Translations under genes and position numbers: made by a program
Assembly (NCBI GenBank): GCA_000320545.1
Contig: ADNK01002594.1
Span: 1 to 64,000 of the forward strand
From: Bigelowiella natans CCMP2755
Lineage: Eukaryota; Protista; Cercozoa
Direction: 5' to 3'
DNA length: 64,000 nucleotides
Notes under the pieces: model-generated
The model's database searches: none
What the model saw: only the letters and a program-made list of their open reading frames with translations
Told to the model about the DNA's origin: nothing
In this document: positions 26,650 through 39,938 of the stretch, in pieces
How positions within the stretch are numbered: the stretch's first letter is position 1
Layout of the letters: each line of letters starts with the position of its first letter

Positions 26650-27465
26650 CCTGCCCCTCAGCGCTGTATGCGCTCTCAGCCTCGTAGGATTTTGCCACAT
26701 CGCGAAGAACTTCGCCTATTTTTGGGAAAGACGACGATGAGGAGGAGGAGGAGGAGTATAAACAGCACAAGAGGAAGAAATGATTTTGATACACAGCGCT
26801 CTATGCTGTCTGCACCGCTTCCGTGCTAGTTTTTGTAAATGAATTTGGCTTGTCTCAAAATACGACTACTTCTACTTCTACTTCTACTACTACTACTACT
26901 ACCGATTAAATCAATCTCTGGAGAGGATATCTCAAAGTGAGGGGTGAATTTGATCGTGTGTGCAGCGTTGATTACTCCCAAACCTAAGGAGGAAAGATAA
27001 GAAGAAGAAGAAGAAGAAGAAGAAGAGAGGAGATTATGTATTATTTGAAACGTTTGAAGGCAGAAAAAGCCAAACAAATATTCGTAAAACAGCAACAGCT
27101 ACGATCATTTCTATTCCTTAACGAAGGGAAAGTCCAGTCGCCGAGAGACGAAAACGGTCAGCATTTACAAAAAGAAATAGAAATAATAATCCATGTCTGA
27201 CGATGCGATCGATTCGGGTATGATCAAAATCCAGGTGGATGTGTCGTGTGAATTTAGTATCTATCAATGGTGGCTTCATACCAGACTGCCGGCAGCGGGA
27301 GAGAATGCTTTCGGTGCCTGATCGAAGATACATTCCATTCAATTGAAGCAGTATAGGAAAAGAGCCTTTCATCCCTTACAAACAACGGGTTTTTCTTGCC
27401 ATCACCACCAGCAATATATTCCTCCCCCCACTCACTCCTCCCCTCCTCTTCCTCGACACTTCCAT

Positions 27466-27521
<56 letters not shown>

Positions 27522-27654
27522 CATCTCACGAGTGCATCTTGTTGCATTACAATACCTGGGAAGTTTCCGCCGAACATCTTGATATCATCGTGGAGGTGGA
27601 TGGCTGTGGGAGGGAATATTTATTACAAAGAGTCTGTTAGAAATACATATATAC

Positions 27655-27691
<37 letters not shown>

Positions 27692-28790
27692 TAAAGGTCT
27701 TATCACCTTGGAGGAGCCCAGAGCCTGTTACCCCGACGAATACGTTAGGGTTCTCCTCCGCAATCGCCTTGAATTCCTTCTGGAACTCATCACCCCTGAG
27801 CATTTAGTAGTTGCAATCATCATGCTGTCAATATCATCACCATGTTGATGATGCTTTCATCGTCTGTGCATTAGATATCCTAAGTGCATTATTTTTCTCC
27901 AGCTTTCCAAGTAGCAGCAGCATTACTTTTGGAGGATGTTGGCTCTGATCTCAGGAGTACACTTGTTTAGAGTCTCCGTTGCGACATCGAGGGCACGTGG
28001 ATTAGTTGTCATAGTGTTCCCGTAGAGGCCAGTCACCTGATGGGAGGGGTAGCACAGAGGGGGGGGGGGGGGAGGATGTAAGAGGACATGGCATGATGAA
28101 ACTAGAAGGAAATCGAAACATTTGAAGGCGGCAGTAGGCTGTGATGTTTTAATTGTCATCGTCTCCATCGCAAGGACAAACTTACATAGGTATCTGCGAC
28201 GTGTTGTTGGACGGCGAGCACCTGATGGAGGGACGGATGGATGGATGTACGTACGTACGTAGTTAGGAAATGAGATATCGAACAACTGAAAAAGTAAGCA
28301 TCTTTCTCGATTGTTGTTGTTGTTGTTCTTCTTCTTCTTAAGAGTCAGGTCTTATGAAACATGGCAAAATCTTTTGGAGGGGCCTTGGGGGGTGCGGAAG
28401 AGGGGGAGGGGAGTTGGTGTAATTGTCGGCATTGATCCTCCTCAGTAGTTGTACCGAGAGAGGGTATTGTCCGGCATTAAGCGCCTTGGAGTAAGTCTCC
28501 ATATCAGGAGCATCGCAATCCTCGAAGCCTAAAAGATAGTAGATCGAGGAAAGTTAGGTGTGAATATTCTATGCATGCCGTCGTCAGCCCTTCTGTAACG
28601 ATGATATATGTACGTCAATCAGTATTTTTTTGAGTGAAAAACCGCTATGTACGACGGGATCTGTTGGACTTGCCTGGGTAATCTGAGATCGAGAGAGATC
28701 CAGTTGCACGGAGAGACGCCTAAGAACAATATCGAAGAAGAAAAGGGCCAGTCATCGTCAGACTACTATTTTCCTAGAAGGGGAACATGC

Positions 28791-28829
<39 letters not shown>

Positions 28830-31098
28830 ATTTACATATATCTTCTCTAAGAAGAGTATAGAAGTGAAATGGATGAAAATGGAGAGAAGAGGATTGGACA
28901 ACTGTTAGCGCAACCCAACGCAACCTGAATGGAGTCGATGATGAGGAGCGAATGGTGCTTTTTGGTAAGCTCCCTAGCCTTGTCATAAAAGTCACGGTTC
29001 ATGATTTTCCCAGGCTGGCCTTCTCCCATAACCTGCAAACAATGTGTATGTGCAAGTATAAGACACAGCAGAGTGATGACTAACAAACTCTGTCGTCCTT
29101 CATTAGCTTGGCGCTGGCCTCTTTGCTTACCGGCTCGACGTAAAGCGCCTCGATGTGGATGTTCTTCTCCTCCGCCATGGCAAATGCGTCTTCCAAAGCC
29201 TGCACATTGTTGGGCTCCACAGCGATGGGGGCATGGCACTCAGGGTACCTATCATCATTAATGTCATCATCCCTTGATTTAGCGGCGGTCGCGGAATGCG
29301 TCAGTGAGAGGGGGGGGGGGGGGAACAAAAAATTGGGTTGTTGGTCGATGATGGCTTACTGGAAGGATGCGAGGTGCTCTCTGTAGACATCACGGCAGCT
29401 CTCGGAGAGACGAGCGGGACGATATGTACGACCGTAGAAGCCGCCTGGAAGAGAGGAAAATGTCAAATTCATTAGATTGCAGCATCTCTCAAATGTCCCG
29501 CAAATGTTTCGTTCTTACCTTGCATACACATCATCTGTATCCTCCTTCCCTCGTGAGGCGCTCCTGGAGCGGTCATGTTCTTCGCATGCACGTCGGTAAC
29601 CCTGAGATGTTATCATTTTGCAACAACAACAACAACGCTCATGCTTGTGTGACAGACATCAGGAAATCACTCGTAGAAGCAAGAAACCAACCTAGCTGAG
29701 AATTCCACAGCCTCGGAACCACTGTTCATGCACACGAACTTTGCATAAGGACACTCTCCTCCACGTGACCAACCGATTTGGGACTTGATAGCGGAAGTGA
29801 ATCGAAGTTGGCTGGAAGGGTGGTACATATTGTAAGTAAGTCGTTGCCACACCGAAGTATTCATCGTGATTATTGCAATACAGTGACAGTGCGGATGGAC
29901 CTCCGCTTATGTCGAAACGGATCCATAACACAATTTCGTTATCATGGCTACCTGAACGATGGAGTCATAACGTTGGCCATGCAGTGCTCTCCACCAACAG
30001 CAGGCATCAAAAAATCTGGGTTGTGCCCGAAACCAAGCATACCTGCGAATAATCAACTGAGTTACGACGGGCCATGAGCTGTAGTAAGGAGAATTGGGTT
30101 ATTACCGTATCCACCGGAGTCGTGCATCACTGCTCCGTGAAGAGTTACAATCCAGGGACCTTTTGGGAGATATGGAGACGTGTTAGAGATCGGATTGTGA
30201 TGTCACTCACGGAATTTCTCTGTGAATGCTCTTCCAGTACACCTTTAGCTGCCAGGGGGACGAATGGCATAATAGAATCAGGGTGGTAGAAGTTGACGTA
30301 TCCTTCTTGGAAACCATTTAGCAACTCTGCCTCATCCTTGAGAATGCTATCGCCGTAGATGGCTTTCTTTTCCTACGAAAGGCAGACAATTTATGAACAG
30401 TTCACGCTGTGGCGGTTCCAATTACATTTTACCTCAAAAACATGCTCAGCGTCTGCAATAGCTTTCTTAAGATGTTCATCCTCGGCAAATTTTTCGATGA
30501 TTGAGTCTTTGAGACCAGTGGTGACTCTTTGGAGCTTTGAGGTGTGGGATCGAAGGCGGAGGAGTTGCTTAATCGCAGACCTGAGTAACACACGAAAAGG
30601 ACAGACGTTAACTTCATAAGGCGGCTCTATTATCTTATGCCAGCACATCGTATTACCGCATGTTAACACGGAGAATGAAAAATTATTTTATCTAAAGCCC
30701 TAGAACTCTAATCGATTCGTCAAACATCCCATCCAAAGGGGGGGGGTTAATTGAACATGCAGGTGTCGATATGAATAAGGGGCAAATTCCACACATTTGG
30801 TTTTAATCGGAGTGATGCGAGAGTATGTAGGAAACATGCATTTCATGACTACAACGCAATGCAGGTAGAAAATTGGGGAAGGGGGGGAGGGAAAAGGGAG
30901 TTCCAACATAGTCGAAGGCGGGGAGCGAAGAGATTGAGATTTGAAACAGAACTAATTCGCACGAAGCCTCAAAGACTCCCCAAAAATGCCCTTATTATGC
31001 TTGTCAGCGACAAGGAGAATCATGCTGAATTCATCAAAAACCGGAGTCAACCGTTGCCTGTGGGTGAAATCGCGCGAGAGAAGCTGCGACGTGTCCAT
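26650..31098 (-). CDS. Class III PLP aminotransferase, bacterial L-lysine 6-aminotransferase (LAT)-like, ~16 exons
   Basis: Spliced product contains YVNFYHPDSIMPFVPLAAKGPWIVTLHGAVMHDSGGYGMLGFGH, MNSGSEAV, GGFYGRT, EPVMGEGQPG, LLIIDSIQ, DYPGFEDCDAPDMETYSKALNAGQYPLS (PLP lysine) and YGNTMTTNPRA. The first exon (ATG 31098) and the last exon are uncertain. Confidence 0.85.
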
Positions 31099-31665
31099 TT
31101 CCAAATTAGGATGGCAAACTTGCGCGTTGCGGCAGGCAATAAATCATGACTCTGTAACAATTAAGTCTCCATTTTGACCCTCATCACATCTGTATGCAGA
31201 TGCTCGTTCTGCTCCGGGCTCTTCGCAAAAAGTTTAAGGTTTGTTTTACATGTGATTTTTACTGAACGACTGGACCAATCCAAAATGCAGATGTCATGAA
31301 CCGTAAACAGGTACGATTATTCCCCGCTCCCTGAGAAAGAGAACTAGGCGATTCCACCCAGAAATCACAATTCCTGAAATTATTCCCGGAGAATTCCGCG
31401 GCAGTTTTGGCAGCCGGCGCAAGTACGAAACCAGCTTGAGATATACACTCGATGTTTTCCGATATAAATATTGGCTCATACGATTGTACAGCAGAACAAA
31501 AGCAACAGTTATGCTGTTTTGAAAATCGGTTTTGAGCCTGGTATCCCGTACAGATTTCTGCCACGCTGCCACGTGCTCTGCCAGGATCAACGAATACTCT
31601 TCTGGAACCCCCCCCAACCTCACGTCGCTGATCCGCATTCAGCGCCAGCGTTTATCTTCGCAACT

Positions 31666-33517
31666 ATGCAAAACCTGAGTGAACGAGAAAACATGGTGCC
31701 TTGAGAGAGTCAGAGCGAGGAGTTGGGACAGCTCCTAAACAAGTTACTACTATTTGTGTTTCAGGTTGTAGGAGGTATTTGCGGGCTCATGGAGGTAATA
31801 CAGTAGATGAAATCCTTCAAATACACATATCTCGTTCTTCCTCAAAATCACAATTGTATTCCCGTATCGCAGGTTTCCCTCCTACAGGCTACGAACTATT
31901 GGAAGAACGCGCGACAACAGGGACTCCCTTTCACATTGGATCCGAGAATAACGTAGACTTTTGTGCCCATTATCAACGCACAACCAATGATCACCAGATC
32001 TTCGCCTTGCTAACTCTATCAGATATCGAGGCTACTTTTCCAACTGCGCCAACTTCGTGTCGTGTACAGTTTGGCAGGTTCCTACTCCACACATCACGAC
32101 GCTTTTAATCCCGAGGTCTAACGAGCTGTGTGTTCAACTATTTTCGCCAGTTCACGGTCAATGGCCGATTGAAAAAAGCAATGCTTAAAGGAGAAATGTC
32201 AAGAGAACTCACGTGCGTTGGATTAAACCCGAATTGTAAACGAGCAACGCTCGGCACAATTAATGATGTTTCTGAAATACGGATTAGGGCTGGGGAGCAA
32301 ATCGTGGCAGCGATAGGCGCTGGCGGTACTTCAGCAGTCATAGGAGGGTAGTTTTTGTCTCTTATCTTTGGAAAAATGATCCTTTATAGAACATAGATCA
32401 TTCACATAGCTGGTTTCCTTGCGCCATCTCATATTATTATATTGCCACGCAGACCGCTTGAGCTGATCATGATACAGCAGCAGAGAAAAGGTTAGGCAAG
32501 ATCTACAACTTCAAACCCTAAGCAGCATTGTGGTTAAGTGCGTGGCCTCTGATATACTACTGATGATTGTATTTCATAGGGGGATCGTTACTTTCTGCAG
32601 CAAGCCAGATTTCGTCATATGGCACATCCATGTGGTAGTAGTTAATTCACTACTCTCCAATCTTATTGAAATGCATCTCACATGCTTCCTATTTTCCATT
32701 TCCCCCCTTCCCATACCTTCTTTATGCCATCTGACCTATGGATACAAATGAGCGTGAATATGCTCGGATAATGACCACATGTCGTTCGTATTTGGTGTTG
32801 CTGCTACTGCCTCAAAACAACCCTATCATCCCATCAGGACTAGAGGCCTAACAATGACTGCTCTCCGTGAGGGAGTTTACACAGGAGGGTTAGTTGACAC
32901 TGCACGCAAATGCAGCAGCAGCAGCAGCAGCATGCTAAGCTGGCTATACAGCTATCTTTATATATCTCTGTCTCTTTAGACATGATACGAAGAACACCTT
33001 GATCTCTGGGGCATCCTTCCAAGCATTTTCTTCTTCGTGTGTTTTTGTCCTCGTATGACCCTGTTTGTGTGTCGTTGCTGGGCTCCTGAAATAGGTATCT
33101 AGGTGTAACTCCTGTGATCCGGGAACTTCTGCAGAAATCGTTTCCATCCTGGTAGTAAGGCTTGAGACTACCTATGACTCGAGAGGGGGGGGGGGTTGCT
33201 TTCATTCAACAGTCGGGGCACTGAATTATGGATAATTATCATAAAAGAAAAGGAATGATCTGTGTTGTTCGTTCGTTTGGAAGTTTTCATAATTCTCTTC
33301 TCATCGTTTTCTTCTGGCAAAACTTATTCGGTCATCATCAGGAACGAAGAGGGATGTCGGGCAATAGGCTCTGTTTGCGGTAGTAGTAGCTGTTATAGCA
33401 GTACTCTTGGCACCACTAGCTCAATGCTACTTTTATCTCTACCTACTGCGCGAATTCTTCTTTGTTTCTAGAATATGAAGTTTGAATAATGAGCGATTAT
33501 TCATTTCTCTCTCTCTC

Positions 33518-33555
<38 letters not shown>

Positions 33556-33806
33556 TCTCTCGCTGCAAGTGATATCGTTACTACTGAATCTGTTTCATAG
33601 GTGGCCTTTTTGCGTGCTACCTTTCGCATCCGTGTGATACGATAAAAACATGTATTCAAGGTAGTCTTATACTGTTATTCTTCCTATGTGTTCTCTCTCT
33701 ACCATCCTCCGCGGTGCCTCCCTTTCCTCCCCCCCCCCCCCCTCTCTCTCTGTCTCTCTCTCTCAGTGTGTATGTGTGTTAAAAAAAATGGAGAGGAAGA
33801 GAGGGA

Positions 33807-33848
<42 letters not shown>

Positions 33849-34501
33849 AGCAAGAGCGGGATTTATACGTGTGCAAGCAAGAGGTTTATCAGGCCTAATT
33901 TCAGTTGGAGAATATCCCATGATAGTTGTAGTTCTCAAATCAAGCAAACACAACGCAAATGTACATAGGCGACATAGAGGGAGCTAAGTTCAAAACTCAC
34001 AGGTAGCAAACGAATTTATGTACGTAGTTCATATTCCTACAATCACATCTCTTGACTTATCAATCAAAGTTGCAAGTAGCCTCTCACACTTCTTCTTTAA
34101 TTCTGAAGTTCTACGGTCTCCACACTTTTATCCGAGGGAGGAATCAGCTCCTTTTATCGGGGGGTAATACGAATTCGTATAGTGTTCACAGGACTGCAAT
34201 CACTATTAATACCACCACCACCACCATCACCATCACCTATGCTAAACATGTGATTGAATTCGGACAACATTAACTGAATTAAAATTTCTAGGCTCCCTGG
34301 AGGCTATTCAGGCAAATAATCGGTATTTTCGTTCTTGACAAGGCTCGGTGAGAACAACTAAATGGAAGAATCGACGATCACAGCGACGAACACAATGCAC
34401 ACATGCACCTCTCTAATCGCAATAGATTCCTGAACGTTGCCATCTTTTATTTTGATCTTAGGATGACAATCTCTCCCATGCTCTTTCCAGATCGCTTCTA
34501 A
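31666..34501 (+). CDS. Mitochondrial carrier family (SLC25) protein
   Basis: Spliced exons give three carrier repeats: LLQATNYWKNARQQGLPFTLDPR…YRG, PLELIMIQQQRKG…TRGLTMTALREGVYTGGYLG, and SHPCDTIKTCIQG…APWRLFRQI. The protein ends RMTISPMLFPDRF*. Confidence 0.85.
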
Positions 34502-34789
34502 TTGCGTGTATACATGCACATGTGTATGTACACATATCTAGATATGACGAGCGTGAGAAAAGTTAATTAATTAAATGACGCCAATCATAATTAAGGCCTA
34601 ATGGCACCATGGAATGCTTAGCGCGCAGCCTAATCGCTTAAGATGACACAGGGCGCTCACTTTCAAGCTTTTCAGCAAAGCGTATGCAAATCCGTAGGGG
34701 CTGTTGTCATGCTTGCTTCAACATGCGTACAGCATAAGCATGTGCACACCATTGAACACATTTTCATTTTGTCGCCGGTGTTAGACACT

Positions 34790-35110
34790 GTTGCACTCTC
34801 TATCCAGCACCTTTCTAAGCTTTTCCAATTGTCTTGTCATCGCGATTCTTGATTTTCGCTCATTCTTGGCAGTGTTCTCCGTTGCATTCAAGGGAAGAAC
34901 CTAGCAAATGGCATTCAGCATGCTAGCATGCTCTCTAACTCTGCTAGCTAGCTAGTCTGGTGCAAAATTCGATTCCCTTTCTGCTGAACCAAGCTAGCAA
35001 GTTTGAACAAAATCGCTAGATCGGTGAAAATTTCACGAAGAAACAAAGAGCGAGCTTTCATGTGATGTTCAAATCGCAATTTGCAGTTGCATGAAAATGG
35101 CATCACGCCA
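34790..35110. other. Second TpA-depleted, CTAG-retaining intergenic tract
   Basis: Manual count in this AT-rich stretch: 10 TA, comprising 7 CTAG, 2 CTAA and 1 CTAT. Confidence 0.85.
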
Positions 35111-35393
35111 GTACTTGATTGTCCATCACGGTCTCTTCGACATTTAGTTCAGTTTTTGCGCGCAAAAGTGCAAAATTGCCGATGCTTTGCTACGTTACGC
35201 GCATTTGTTGTGCGCAAGAAAATGTGACAGTCCGTGACGACGAACGATCTAGATGATATGTATGGCTACGATAGATGTTGAACGTTTCAAACATATTAAT
35301 AGCAGTCAGAAGCAATAGCTGTCTTTGCCCGCTTTGGAGTTTTATGTAATTCTCACACATTTCTTGATTCCGCCGCCATATGAAATGCTGCTA

Positions 35394-36806
35394 TTACCTA
35401 TCCGAGTTCAGAAGCGAGTGTATGTTTGCAGGCATATTCGAGTAGCTCTTCGAGGAGTAATGTCTCAGTTTCTCATTCTGGAGAGTAGATGGAAGAGGGG
35501 GGGGGAGGGAGATGCATAGTTTGGTCAGATGAAGAAATAATGATATTGATGAGATTGTTTGGTGAGGACAAAGAGAGCGCTGTTGGTACCTCTTGTTGCT
35601 GGCTCTGCAGCTGCGCCATCACCTATCAGGAGCAGCACAACGACAGGAGAATGAATATGTACCATATGGAGAGTATGGGGATCATAGTGAAGAGACAATA
35701 TAAACGAATTGTACAACACGACGTTCATCATCAGCATCATCATCATCATCCCCGACATCAAGTCGTCGTCATCATCATCTATCAATCACCTGCAACCGTG
35801 CTCGCATCGACTCATAAAACTTGTCCGTATCCTCCTTCACAGGGCACGCTAGATTCTCGTTCAGAGTGAACCTGACGACAACAACGACCGATGATGATTA
35901 TGATGATTGTGATGATGATGGTGATGATGATTGTGATGATGATGACGATACTGGAGAGGCGGCCTCATGTATTCTTAATGCATTCGTTGTTGGAGAGGTT
36001 AAAGATGCACTCACAATTTCACGTTCCCAGAAGACGAACCCACAGCAATTTTGCGTCCTAGGAGAAACGAGCAAATGATCAGCTCATAAGCAGCAGCTGC
36101 GAAGATTAGTAAGTAACAGGGGGGGGGTAGATGGTAACAGGTCGCCCTCCATGATCATCATCCTCGTTATTGAGAAGATATGAAGACATGATGGGTGTGT
36201 TCTTGGTGTTTTCTCTCCTTCTTTCTCCCTTACTGATACTATTACTACTCACTCCTCACCGTCATTTGAGAATGCTAGTTTGCCAACAGATCGGTCCTGA
36301 GCAGTAAAAGTCAGATAACACCGACGATGCCATACGTAAGCGCGAAGAAGAAGAATCAGTGTGTTTGGCATGAATCGATGATGATGACGAAAATGAGTAA
36401 TTTATTCATATATCATGATGTAGTAGTAGTAGTTGTTGTAGTAGTAGTGGTAGTAGTAGAAGAGGGAAGTTTGAGAAAGTAGTTTTTATATTGGGATTGC
36501 TCTTTATCCCCACATCCCGCTCCTCCTCCTCTACGACTAAGCTACTTTTCACCAAAAACAAATATCTGATCGAAGGCTTTTTCACCACCCATTGAATTTA
36601 CTATGGGCGACAACAACTGCACACCGATTGGATCCATCATCATCAATAATGAATGGATATAATCTACGCGAAACTAACAGCCAGGAAGCTCATGAAGAAC
36701 AGCGTCTGGCTGTGCGGTTCCGCGCTTTGACAACAAGCACGCGACACGAAGAAAGGATAGATGGAGGGGGGGGGTAGGAGGGGGGTAAAGAGTACACCAA
36801 TGGATT

Positions 36807-36877
<71 letters not shown>

Positions 36878-37062
36878 CCGCCGCACCTTCTCGGTTGCCA
36901 TGACGCTCTGAGTAGGCAACTCTGTGTCTTTGTTCAAGTTCCAGATGTCCAACATCCCTGATCAACCAGTGCCACCAGTAACGTGCATCAAGATGTCAAA
37001 ATAAAAATGATGATTATGATGATGATGATGATGGTATGACTATATAAAGTTGTGCTCAAAGG

Positions 37063-37097
<35 letters not shown>

Positions 37098-37458
37098 GCA
37101 GCACCAGGAGGACTCTTTGCTGCTGCATGTGTCCTCTTATCTATTAGCTTCTGTGATAGCACTACCATTTCCATCCCCCGTAGCAAAGATGGCTGGGTGT
37201 ACCGGCGACCACTGAGAGGAGGGGGAGGAGGAGTGTGCGGTGAGGAAGTTATTTGAGAACATAAGCTATTTATTGTTATTATTATTATTATAATTATTAT
37301 TACTCTCGTGCTTCCTCAGAATGTGAAAGTTGAAAATACTTCTCATCCATCATCACATCGTTACTACTACAACTACTAGAGGCTGTTTGTTATGCAAGCT
37401 GAGCACAAGTCCTCAATTACCTTCACATCGTATACGTAATCCCTGCACCTATGGTGGT

Positions 37459-37538
<80 letters not shown>

Positions 37539-37898
37539 ACGCACGACAGACGTATGAGTACATGGTAGGAAGTTAGAACAATCGTGAATGGTTTGATCTA
37601 AGATACATCATAATAGCAGCAATGTTGTATCACACAAACACTTCGTAGTCATTATCGCCATCCTCATCATCACCAGCAGCAGCTTTACCTTTCGAATACG
37701 TATAGTGGTTTACGAGTCTTTGTGTGCCATAGCTTTGTTGTCCAATCGAAGGAAGAGGTGATATACCTACCGGGATAAGGGAAAGGAGGAGGGGAAGGAG
37801 GAGGAAGCGACCCAGAGGAAATTATTGCATGATCATCATCATCACCACGGCTTTGCTGGTATTAATGTGATGTTGTCACTCTTTTTTTATTAATTGAT

Positions 37899-37970
<72 letters not shown>

Positions 37971-39516
37971 TCTTCCTCTCTGTCTTTCGGTCTTATTCTC
38001 CTCGTTCTTCGTTGGTGAGTGATATCGTCTCGACGAGGTGGTATTATGTTAAACGTACAGCTCGGACATCACGGGTGGCAGTCCCTTGATGGGGGGGCGG
38101 AATCCCACGTTGGTGATAGGTGCTTTATGAGCTCCACTGATGAATGAGTAGATGCCGCGTGAGGCGTTTCCATCGTAGATTCGAGCTTTGTAGAGAACGC
38201 CTGAGGGAGGCAGTGATGAGGACATGTGTGGTGAGAATAAGAGACCAGAGGAGGGAGGAAGGGCGAGAGATACGACCTTCATCGGAACCCATCACTAGCG
38301 AGTTGGAGTCACGCCCTACAAAGCTGATGTAATTGCCATTATATGAGCATACCAAGCAAATAGCAACAAAAGCAAATCTCACCGCTGAAACCATCATCAT
38401 CATCATCATCATCATCATCATTATCATCATAACAGCACCCAAAACACGTCGTTGTGATGTCACGCTCCTTCACATCAGCCTTCTTGCCCACAAGCTGCAT
38501 ATCGAGCTCTGTGGAGGGCTCTTCCAAATGGTCAATGTCCTGCCAAATGCACACGTGCCCGTCGGTGGATACCTGATCATCGTTGTTGTTGTTGTTATTG
38601 TTGTTATTGATGATGATCCATCCATTGGCGACACAGACGATCAATATCGCTCATACACATACATATTCGGAATAGTTCCGGAGCATTCTTGCTTGGTCTA
38701 CTACAACTACACATAACCACCCAAAGCAAGAGCAAGCGACACTCGCACACTACTACTCCTTCCTAAAGACCGACCGAAAGCACGCTGTAGGCCTTATTCA
38801 CGGCGGGCACACACGCCATAGCGTAAACGGGGTGAGTGTGTCCTTGGCTGAGCGATGTGCGGTTGACGGGTGTTATCTTTACGCTCATGTCCCATACAAT
38901 GACCTGCCCTGACTTTGTTCCTGCGATGATGACCTCTGGCTTCGTTGGGTGAAACTGAGCTACCAGCACCGCGCTTTGACAGGTCAAAACGTATTCGGGG
39001 CGGTCGGGCGTGTGGGTTGACCAAACAAGGACAAGGCCGTCAGGATCCATTGATAGATGCTCAATGTGCGGCGCTGCGTATGAAACTAGGAAGAGACTGT
39101 CGTGTTTTGGGCTCCAGGTTATTGATGTGATGGGGCGGTTTTGCGTTCGCATGCCTGATCATCGACAAGGATGAGATGAGGTAATGTCTGTCTGTATATA
39201 TGTGTGTATATGTGTGTACGTGTGAGTGTGAGTGTAAGTGTGTCACCGTGCGGTTGATGAGAGTACAGATATTATTCACACAAAAGTGGGTTGGTTGGAT
39301 CATATCAATATGAAGGCGGATGATGGAGAGGAGGATGTGAACGTAATAATAATACCATAGGAGAAGTTGGATGTCTCGGACACCTAGGAGGAGGAGGAGG
39401 AGGAGGAGGGGGAGGAAGCGAAGAAATATAAGAACAATTCATTCTCAAATGCAATGAATAAGAATTTGATAGGAGGATAATGCATTTGTAAAAACAGCAA
39501 CAATATCTGCCTTATC

Positions 39517-39553
<37 letters not shown>

Positions 39554-39899
39554 CTATGTGTGTGTGCTTTATGCTATTTTGCAATATAATTGGCCACCAC
39601 CATAGCTTCTTCCTTCTCATCCATCATATCATCCTTCTTCGCGTAGTCGATCGTCACGTCGAATTCCTACCAGTAAAGCTTTCAATCAACGCACGTACGC
39701 ACACACACGCGCGCACCAGAATAGGCACGAAAAAGGAACCAAGGTTGGGGGGGAATGGAGATGTTGAAGCAGGGCTCTTAGTAGTAGGTAGGCATTGTCC
39801 TGCCTCGCAATACTACCTCGTTTTGTTTTAGAGCTCTTTCAACCACCTGAGCATTTATTATGCATAATTTTACACGTCTGTGTGCGTGCGCGTGTGTGT

Positions 39900-39938
<39 letters not shown>

